Below, piece after piece: positions 1-6,047 of a stretch of DNA of 24,000 bases. The notes beneath the pieces are model-generated. The model ran no database searches, was not told where the DNA came from, and was given only the letters and a program-made list of their open reading frames with translations. Positions within the stretch are counted from its first letter, which is position 1, and the number at the start of each line of letters is the position of its first letter. The DNA comes from Paracoccaceae bacterium (lineage in GTDB: Bacteria; Pseudomonadota; Alphaproteobacteria; Rhodobacterales; Rhodobacteraceae): positions 179-24,178 of the forward strand of contig JBNGCX010000026.1 in assembly GCA_049974865.1 (NCBI GenBank), read 5' to 3'. The translations under genes were made by a program, and so were the position numbers.

Positions 1-57
1 TCTTGGCCGAAATACTCCGGGGAGCGCGAGGGGCAGCGCCCCTCGCCCCCTCCCGCG
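1..57 (-). repeat. Extragenic repeat unit (family A) with a GC hairpin, immediately 3' of bdhA
   Basis: TCTTGGCCGAAATACTCCGG (1-20) is followed by a perfect 9-bp stem, GCGAGGGGC (26-34) / GCCCCTCGC (38-46), with loop AGC. The 10-mer CCTCGCCCCC lies at 41-50. The same modules recur at 3093-3115 and 3174-3183, also 3' of a minus-strand gene. The element is cut by the window edge. Confidence 0.55.
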
Positions 58-831
58 TCACAGCGCCGTCCAGCCGCCATCCACGCTGATCGTGGTCCCG
101 GTGATCTGCGCCGCAGCGTCGGTGCACAGGAAGACCGCCGTCCCGCCCAGCTGCTCCACCGTGACGAATTCCTTCGACGGCTGGCGCGACAGCATCACGT
201 TGCGGATCACCGCGTCGCGGTCCATTCCGTATTCCTTCATCGTGTCGGGGATTTGCGCCTCGACCAGCGGGGTCAGCACGTAGCCCGGGCAGATCGCGTT
301 GCAGGTGATGGGCTGCTCGGCGGTCTCCAGCGCGGTGGTCTTGGTCAGCCCCACGATCCCGTGCTTGGCCGCCACATAGGCCGATTTGAAGGGCGAGGCC
401 GTCAGCCCGTGCGCCGAGGCGATGTTCACGATCCGGCCCCAGCCCGCGGCCCGCATCCCCGGCAGCGCGGCGGCTGTGGTGTGGAAGGCCGAGCTGAGGT
501 TGATGGCGATGATCGCGTCCCATTTCTCGGCCGGGAACTCGTCGATCGGCGCGACGTGCTGGATTCCGGCATTGTTGACCAGGATATCGCAGCCCCCGGC
601 CTCTTCAATCAGGGCCCGGCAGTCGGCAGGTTTCGACATGTCGGCGGCGATATAGCGGGCCTCGACCCCGTGGTCCTGGGCCAGCCGCGCGGCCAGCGCG
701 TGGTCCTCGTCCCGGTCGGTGAACGAGTTCAGCACCACGTCCGCCCCGGCGCGGGCCAGCTCGGTGGCCACGCCCAGACCGATTCCCGAATTCGACCCGG
801 TGATGACGGCGGTTTTTCCTTTCAGCGACAT
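58..831 (-). CDS. bdhA: D-3-hydroxybutyrate dehydrogenase (short-chain dehydrogenase/reductase)
   Basis: This is the ORF 58..882 trimmed to the ATG at 831 (MSLKGKTAVITGSNSGIGLG...), which has the SD GGGAGAG upstream. It carries the SDR Rossmann motif TGxxxGIG, NNAG, the catalytic YxxxK (SAYVAAKHG) and the C-terminal ITGTTISVDGGWTA typical of BdhA. Confidence 0.9.
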   Translation of the reverse strand: MSLKGKTAVITGSNSGIGLGVATELARAGADVVLNSFTDRDEDHALAARLAQDHGVEARYIAADMSKPADCRALIEEAGGCDILVNNAGIQHVAPIDEFPAEKWDAIIAINLSSAFHTTAAALPGMRAAGWGRIVNIASAHGLTASPFKSAYVAAKHGIVGLTKTTALETAEQPITCNAICPGYVLTPLVEAQIPDTMKEYGMDRDAVIRNVMLSRQPSKEFVTVEQLGGTAVFLCTDAAAQITGTTISVDGGWTAL

Positions 832-904
832 CTGCACTCTCCCTGCAATTGGCTGGGGCGAGCATATATGCCGCAGGTGCAAAGGGAACCGGATTCGTTA
901 GACG

Positions 905-934
905 AAAAAAAAACGCCGGCACGAAGCCGGCGTT
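905..934 (-). terminator. Rho-independent terminator, minus-strand orientation only
   Basis: The stem AACGCCGGC (912-920) / GCCGGCGTT (926-934) has loop ACGAA and is preceded on the + strand by A9 (905-913). On the minus strand this reads as a hairpin followed by a U9 tail. There is no T-run on the + side. Confidence 0.75.
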
Positions 935-981
935 CAGTTATTGAGGCAGGTTTCATACAGGCAAGAAACCTATCGAGCAGT
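905..981 (-). ncRNA. Candidate ~77-nt small RNA (predicted, family unknown)
   Basis: The predicted minus-strand transcript is ACUGCUCGAU-AGGUUUC(uugccuguau)GAAACCU-GCCUCAAUAACUG-terminator hairpin-U9. It is bounded by a promoter-like TTGGAG-N17-TATAAA and the intrinsic terminator. It lies in a divergent intergenic spacer where no minus-strand CDS can feed the terminator. Confidence 0.35.
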
Positions 982-987
982 GCCCCC

Positions 988-1016
988 TTTATACGCAAAC
1001 CGCCGCCCAGCTCCAA
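988..1016 (-). promoter_or_regulatory. Sigma70-like promoter candidate for the putative sRNA
   Basis: On the minus strand, TTGGAG (1016-1011) is followed by a 17-nt spacer and TATAAA (993-988). This predicts a start near A981. Confidence 0.3.
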
Positions 1017-1035
1017 GCTAAAAGTTTGAAAACCC

Positions 1036-2919
1036 ATGAATCCGCGCCTAGGCTCCGGGCCAATGAAAACAGGGATTCCGGGAATTGTCGCCGAAATGAG
1101 ACCATATTTTTTCACCCGCTCGGGCCTTGCGCGGGCCTTCGCCGTGGCTCTGATTCTCTCCGGCGGATCCGCCGGGGCCGCGCCCAAGCATGGCATAGCT
1201 ATGTATGGCGAGCCGGCCCTGCCACCCGATTTTGTGTCCCTGCCCTACGCCAACCCCGAGGCCCCCAAGGGCGGGCGCATCGTCACCGGCGAGGTCGGTG
1301 GCTTCGACAGCCTCAATCCGCACATCCTGAAGGGCCGCGTCCCCTGGCAGCTGCGCTTTCTCGCCTACGAGTCCCTGATGGGCCGGAACTGGGACGAACC
1401 CTTCTCGCTCTACGGCCTTCTGGCCGAATCGGTGGAGACCGGGCCCGGGCGTGACTGGGTCGAATTCACCCTACGCCCCGAGGCGCGATTCTCCGACGGC
1501 AGCCCGGTCACGGTCGAGGACGTGCTGTGGTCCTTCGAGACGCTGGGCACCGTCGGCCACCGCCGCTATCACGGCGCCTGGGAAAAGGTCGCCACGGCAG
1601 AGGCCGTGGGCGAGCGCACCGTGCGTTTCACCTTCAACACCCCCGACCGCGAGTTGCCGCTGATCCTGGGCCTGCGCCCCATCCTGAAGAAGGCGCAGTG
1701 GGAGGGGCGCGATTTCACCGAAAGCGGGCTGGACGTGATCCCGATCTCCAGCGCGCCCTACGTGATCGACGATTTCGAGGCCGGCCGCTACGTCTCGCTC
1801 AGGCGCAACCCCGATTACTGGGGCAAAGACCTGCCCTTCCGCCGCGGCACCCATAATTTCGACGAGATCCGGATGGAGTTCTTCGGCGACGCCACGGCCA
1901 TGGCCGAGGCCTTCAAGGCGGGCGTCCTCACCTCCATCCGCGAAACCAGCGCGGCGAAATGGGAAAACAACTACGACTTCCCCGCCATGCGCGAGGGCGA
2001 GATGGTGAAATCCGTGATCCCGCACCAGCGCCCCTCGGGCCTGCAGGGGCTGGTGATGAATACCCGCCGCCCCGTCTTCGCCGACTGGCGGGTGCGCGAC
2101 GCGCTGATCCACGCCTTCAACTTCGAGTTCATCAACCAGACGCTCACCGGCGGGGCCGAGCCGCGCATCACCTCCTATTTCTCCAACTCGGTGCTGGGCA
2201 TGCGCGCGGGCCCGGCCGAGGGCCGCGTGCGCGAATTCCTGGCCCCCTTCGCGGACACCCTGCCCCCCGGCGCGCTCGAGGGCTATGCCCTGCCCGTCTC
2301 CAACGGCCGACCCGCCAACCGCAAGAACCTGCGGATCGCCTTCAAGCGGCTGGAAGAGGCCGGCTGGCGCGTCGCCGATGACGGCGTGCTGCGCGATGCC
2401 CAGGGCCGCGCCTTCGGCTTCGAGATACTGCTCAACCAGGGGGCCACGGAACACCAGCAGATCGTCGATCTCTACCTCGACGCGCTGAACCGGCTGGGCA
2501 TCACCCCGCGCGTCACCCAGATCGACAGCGCCCAGTACCAGGAACGCACCCGCGCCTACGATTTCGACATGGCCTTCTACGCGCGCGGCGCCTCGCTCAG
2601 CCCCGGCAACGAGCAGCGCTTCTACTGGGGGCGCGAGGGTGTCACCCAGCCCGGCACGCCCAACTGGATGGGCATGGACAGCCCCGCCGCCGAGGCGCTG
2701 ATCGACCGGCTGCTCAACGCGACCAGCCAGGACGAGATGATCGCCGCCGCCCGCGCGCTGGACCGGGTGCTGGCCGCCGGGCGCTACGTCATCCCCATCT
2801 GGTATTCGCCGGTTTCGCGCATTGCCCATGACGCGCGGCTGAAATATCCAGACCACCTGCCGATCTACGGCGACTGGATCGGGTTCCAGCCCGATGTCTG
2901 GTGGTATGAGGAGAAATGA
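1036..2919 (+). CDS. ABC transporter substrate-binding protein, family 5 (YejA / oligopeptide-microcin C type), periplasmic
   Basis: This is a 627-aa ORF. The mature N-terminus HGIAMYGEPALPPDFVSLPYANPEAPKGGRIV...FDSLNP resembles YejA-type SBPs. The signal peptide is ...RAFAVALILSGGSAGAAP. The true start may be an internal ATG at 1063 or 1096 (MRPYFFTRSG...). No permease or ATPase gene is adjacent. Confidence 0.85.
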   Translation: MNPRLGSGPMKTGIPGIVAEMRPYFFTRSGLARAFAVALILSGGSAGAAPKHGIAMYGEPALPPDFVSLPYANPEAPKGGRIVTGEVGGFDSLNPHILKGRVPWQLRFLAYESLMGRNWDEPFSLYGLLAESVETGPGRDWVEFTLRPEARFSDGSPVTVEDVLWSFETLGTVGHRRYHGAWEKVATAEAVGERTVRFTFNTPDRELPLILGLRPILKKAQWEGRDFTESGLDVIPISSAPYVIDDFEAGRYVSLRRNPDYWGKDLPFRRGTHNFDEIRMEFFGDATAMAEAFKAGVLTSIRETSAAKWENNYDFPAMREGEMVKSVIPHQRPSGLQGLVMNTRRPVFADWRVRDALIHAFNFEFINQTLTGGAEPRITSYFSNSVLGMRAGPAEGRVREFLAPFADTLPPGALEGYALPVSNGRPANRKNLRIAFKRLEEAGWRVADDGVLRDAQGRAFGFEILLNQGATEHQQIVDLYLDALNRLGITPRVTQIDSAQYQERTRAYDFDMAFYARGASLSPGNEQRFYWGREGVTQPGTPNWMGMDSPAAEALIDRLLNATSQDEMIAAARALDRVLAAGRYVIPIWYSPVSRIAHDARLKYPDHLPIYGDWIGFQPDVWWYEEK

Positions 2920-2921
2920 GC

Positions 2922-3035
2922 ATGATCCGTCTCGCGTTGATCGTTCTGGCCCTGGGCCTTGCAGGCTGCGGCACCGTCGAGGGCATGGGCGAAGATATCT
3001 CGGCCGGCGCCCGCAGCGTGCGCAACGCGTTCTGA
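2922..3035 (+). CDS. Entericidin EcnA/B-family small lipoprotein (37 aa)
   Basis: This gene is absent from the ORF track because it is shorter than 60 aa. It encodes MIRLALIVLALGLAGCGTVEGMGEDISAGARSVRNAF, with a lipobox LAGC and the G-x-GEDIS core shared with E. coli EcnA/EcnB. The SD GAGGAG (2908-2913) lies 8 nt upstream of the ATG, which sits 2 nt after the SBP stop. Confidence 0.8.
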   Translation: MIRLALIVLALGLAGCGTVEGMGEDISAGARSVRNAF

Positions 3036-3045
3036 GGCCTATTGC

Positions 3046-3067
3046 CCCCGCGCCGGGCGGCGCGGGG
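3046..3067 (+). terminator. GC-rich hairpin 3' of the entericidin-like gene (possible weak terminator)
   Basis: CCCCGCGCC (3046-3054) / GGCGCGGGG (3059-3067) form a 9-bp stem with a 4-nt loop. There is no U-tract downstream, so terminator function is uncertain. Confidence 0.3.
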
Positions 3068-3092
3068 AGCCTGCCCTCCGGCGACTTTCCCG

Positions 3093-3196
3093 TCTTCTTT
3101 GCGAAAATACTCCGGCGGTGGCCATTGGCGCACCATCGGTCCGCGTGACAATGGCGCCGGGCAGAGCCCACGGCCTCGCCCCCCGATCCACGCCGG
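3093..3196 (-). repeat. Extragenic repeat unit (family A), second copy, 3' of the XRE/cupin gene
   Basis: TCTTCTTTGCGAAAATACTCCGG (3093-3115) parallels 1-20. CCTCGCCCCC (3174-3183) is identical to 41-50. About 58 nt separates the two modules here, compared with 20 nt in copy 1. Both copies are in the same orientation relative to a minus-strand stop codon. Confidence 0.5.
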
Positions 3197-3820
3197 TCAC
3201 TCCAGCGAGGTCACCCAGAGGATCGTCGCATCCTCTTCCGAGACCGAGATCACGTTGTGCCCCATGGTGCCGTCGTAATAGGCGCTGTCGCCCCGGCGCA
3301 TCTCCACCGGCTCGTAGAACTCGGTATAGAGGCGGATCACCCCGGTCAGGACATAGAGGAATTCCTCGCCGTCATGGCGGACCCAGCCGTCGAATTCCTG
3401 CATCGAGCGCGCCCGCACCCGCGCGCGGTAGGGCAGCATCCGCTTCTTGGTCAGGGCGCCGGCCAGCAATTCGTGCTCGTAGGTGGTTGTGGCATGCGCC
3501 CCGCCCTCGCCCGCGCGCGTCACGGCCATGCGCCCGTTCACCTGACCCTTCGCCGGCGGGGTGAAAAGCTGCGGGACGGAAATCTGCAACCCGTCGGCCA
3601 GTTTCTTGAGCGCCTCGTAGGTCGGCGACATCTGGCCGTTCTCGATCTTGGACAGGGTGGAGCGCGCCAGACCGGCCTGCTGCGCCGCCTGTTCCAGCGT
3701 CCAGCCATGCCGCTTGCGCAGCTCGCGCACCCGCTGGCCGAGGTTCAGCGGCTCCACGCGCGCCTCCTCGCCCGAGGCGCGGGCGAGGCGGATGATGCTG
3801 GGTTGCTCGTTTTCGCTCAT
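3197..3820 (-). CDS. XRE-family HTH transcriptional regulator with C-terminal cupin sensor domain (PuuR-like architecture)
   Basis: This is the ORF 3197..3964 trimmed to the ATG at 3820 (MSENEQPS...). The HTH_3 motif is LGQRVRELRKRHGWTLEQAAQQAGLARSTLSKIENGQ. The C-terminal cupin beta-barrel signature is GEEFLYVLTGVIRLY...GDSAYYDGTMGHN. Confidence 0.85.
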   Translation of the reverse strand: MSENEQPSIIRLARASGEEARVEPLNLGQRVRELRKRHGWTLEQAAQQAGLARSTLSKIENGQMSPTYEALKKLADGLQISVPQLFTPPAKGQVNGRMAVTRAGEGGAHATTTYEHELLAGALTKKRMLPYRARVRARSMQEFDGWVRHDGEEFLYVLTGVIRLYTEFYEPVEMRRGDSAYYDGTMGHNVISVSEEDATILWVTSLE

Positions 3821-3851
3821 GGGATGTGCATTTAGACCGACGCCCGGACCC

Positions 3852-3863
3852 TTGCAACTGCAA
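3852..3863. promoter_or_regulatory. Palindrome TTGCA-AC-TGCAA in the 66-bp divergent promoter region (candidate operator / shared -35)
   Basis: The inverted repeat TTGCAACTGCAA is seen directly. TTGCAA (3852-3857) is self-complementary. It sits 17 nt from TAGCAG (3875-3880) on the + strand and about 15-17 nt from TCTAAAT (3837-3831) on the - strand. Neither flanking gene has a clear SD. Confidence 0.3.
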
Positions 3864-3886
3864 CGACAGCGGCGTAGCAGGTCTGC

Positions 3887-5413
3887 ATGCTGTCGCTCTT
3901 CGATGATCCTCCCCCCGCCCCCTGCCCCGCGCCCTTCAACCTGGCGGCCTACGTGCTGGGGCATGCCGCGGCGCAGCCCGACAAGATCGCGCTGGCCGTG
4001 GTCAGGCCCGCGGGGGCCGAGCGCTGGTCCTATGGCCGGCTGGAGGCCGCGGTGCGCGGCGTTGCCGGCGGGCTGTCAGCGATGGGGCTGGCGCCCGGCG
4101 CGCCGGTGCTGCTGCGGCTGGGCAACACGGTGGATTTCCCCATCGCCTTTCTCGGCGCGATCGCCGCGGGGCTGCTGCCGGTGCCGACCTCTTCGCAGCT
4201 CACCGCGCCCGAGATCACCAAGCTGGCGGGCGAGATCGACCCGGCGCTGGTCATCGCCGGCCCCGGCATTGCCCTGCCCGAGCACCCCGCCCCGGTGATC
4301 GACACCGGGGCGCTGGAAGGGTTCTTCGAACACGCCCCGGCCGAATACGTCATGGGTGACCCCGACCGGCCCGCCTACATGATCTACACCTCGGGCACCT
4401 CGGGCGTGCCGCGCGGCGTGGTCCATGCCCACCGCGCCGTCTGGGCCCGGCGCATGATGTGGGAGGGCTGGTACGGCCTGACCGCGGCCGACCGCCTGCT
4501 GCACGCCGGCGCCTTCAACTGGACCTACACGCTGGGCACCGGCCTGCTGGACCCCTGGTCGATCGGCGCCACCGCGCTGATCCCCGGCGAGGGCGTCACC
4601 CCGCAGTCCCTGCCCCTGCTGCTGAAGCGCTTCGACGCCACCATCTTCGCCGCCGCTCCCGGCGTCTTCCGCCAGATGCTCAGGGGCGGCGCGCCGCTGA
4701 ACCTGCCCAAGCTGCGCCACGGCCTCTCGGCGGGCGAGAAACTGCCCGAGGCGCTGCGCCAGGCCTGGACCGGGGCCACCGGCACCCCGGTCTACGAGGC
4801 GCTGGGGATGTCGGAATGCTCCACCTTCATCTCGGGCAGCCCGGCGCGGCCCGCACCGCCCCCGGCCTCGGGCTACCCGCAGCCCGGCCGTCGCATCGCC
4901 GTGCTGGGCGAGGATTTCCAGCCCGTGCCGCGCGGCACGCCCGGCCAACTCGCGGTCTCCAACCGCGACCCGGGCCTGATGCTGGGCTACTGGAAGGCCG
5001 AGGCCGAAACCGCCGCGCGGTTCCACGGCGAATGGTACCTGACCGGCGACATGGTGGAAATGGCCGAGGACGGCGCGATCACCTATCTCGGCCGCGCCGA
5101 CGACATGATGAACGCCGGCGGCTTCCGCGTCTCGCCGGTCGAGGTCGAGGCCGCGCTGAGCCAGCACCCCGCGATCCACGAGGCCGCCGCGACCGAGGTC
5201 ACCGTCAAGGCCGACACCACCGTGATCGCCGCCTTCTACACCGGCGAGGCGCTGCCGGAGGCAGAGCTGAAGGCCCACGCCGCCGAGCGGCTTGCCCGCT
5301 ACAAGCAGCCCCGCCTCTTCGTCCATCTCGACGCGCTGCCCAAGGGCGCCAACAACAAGCTCAACCGCCGCCTGATCCGCCAGCAATACGAGGCCACCCA
5401 TGGTCAAGCTTGA
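3887..5413 (+). CDS. AMP-dependent synthetase/ligase (class I adenylate-forming enzyme, aryl/benzoate-CoA-ligase-like); substrate unknown
   Basis: This is a 508-aa ORF. It has the AMP-binding motif YTSGTSGVPRGVVH, the core motifs YEALGMSE and GEWYLTGD, and an A10-like PKGANNKLNRR at the C-terminus. The N-terminal region resembles benzoate-CoA ligase-family proteins. Confidence 0.85.
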   Translation: MLSLFDDPPPAPCPAPFNLAAYVLGHAAAQPDKIALAVVRPAGAERWSYGRLEAAVRGVAGGLSAMGLAPGAPVLLRLGNTVDFPIAFLGAIAAGLLPVPTSSQLTAPEITKLAGEIDPALVIAGPGIALPEHPAPVIDTGALEGFFEHAPAEYVMGDPDRPAYMIYTSGTSGVPRGVVHAHRAVWARRMMWEGWYGLTAADRLLHAGAFNWTYTLGTGLLDPWSIGATALIPGEGVTPQSLPLLLKRFDATIFAAAPGVFRQMLRGGAPLNLPKLRHGLSAGEKLPEALRQAWTGATGTPVYEALGMSECSTFISGSPARPAPPPASGYPQPGRRIAVLGEDFQPVPRGTPGQLAVSNRDPGLMLGYWKAEAETAARFHGEWYLTGDMVEMAEDGAITYLGRADDMMNAGGFRVSPVEVEAALSQHPAIHEAAATEVTVKADTTVIAAFYTGEALPEAELKAHAAERLARYKQPRLFVHLDALPKGANNKLNRRLIRQQYEATHGQA

Positions 5414-6047
5414 TATCCTCTCCGACCCGATCTGCCCCTGGTGCTTCATCGGCAAGGCGCTGCTCGACCGCGCGCTGGCCGAGCGGCCCGACCACCCCTT
5501 CACCATCGAGTGGCACCCGTTCCAGCTCAACCCGGACATGCCGGCCGCGGGCATGGACCGGCGCGACTACCTGGAGACCAAGTTCGGCGGCAAAGAGCAG
5601 GCGGTGCAGGCCTATCTGCCGGTGCAGGAGGCCGCCCGGAACGCCGGGCTGGATCTCGACCTCGGCGCCATCCGGCGCACGCCCAACACGCTGAACGCCC
5701 ACCGCCTGATTCACTGGGCCGGGATCGAGGGCAAGCAGCAGGCGGTGGTCTCCTTCCTGTTCGACGCCTATTTCCGGCAGGGCCAGGATATCGGCGACAT
5801 CGACGTGCTGGTCGGGATCGCCGAACGCGCCGAGATGGAGGGCCCCGCCATCCGCCGCCTGCTGGAGGGCGACGCGGATCTCGAGGCGATCCGCGCCCGC
5901 GACGCCCATGCCCGTGCCCGCGGGGTGAACGGCGTGCCCACCTTCATCGTGGCCAATTACCACGTGCTGACCGGCGCCCAGCCGACCGAGCTGTGGCTGC
6001 AGGTGATCGACGAGATCAAGGAGAACCTCAAGGACGGGGATGCCTGA
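5400..6047 (+). CDS. DsbA-family thiol:disulfide oxidoreductase, FrnE/HCCA-isomerase-like, cytoplasmic (no signal peptide)
   Basis: This is a 215-aa ORF. The thioredoxin-fold active site CPWC lies within DPICPWCFIGK near the N-terminus, and GVNGVPTF occurs near the C-terminus. The start overlaps the ligase stop by 14 nt. Confidence 0.85.
   Translation: MVKLDILSDPICPWCFIGKALLDRALAERPDHPFTIEWHPFQLNPDMPAAGMDRRDYLETKFGGKEQAVQAYLPVQEAARNAGLDLDLGAIRRTPNTLNAHRLIHWAGIEGKQQAVVSFLFDAYFRQGQDIGDIDVLVGIAERAEMEGPAIRRLLEGDADLEAIRARDAHARARGVNGVPTFIVANYHVLTGAQPTELWLQVIDEIKENLKDGDA

Noticed and set aside
822-1196. A 124-aa minus-strand ORF spanning the bdhA/SBP spacer.
   Set aside because: It reads straight through the intrinsic terminator and poly-U tract, overlaps the SBP N-terminus antisense, and has no SD or family resemblance. 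The region is better explained as a noncoding (candidate sRNA) locus.
3841-3866. A possible sigma54 (-24/-12) promoter suggested by GG...TTGCA near the ligase operon.
   Set aside because: The GG-to-GC spacing is 8 or 14 nt instead of the required ~12 (TGGCAC-N5-TTGC), and no enhancer-binding-protein gene is linked to this operon.
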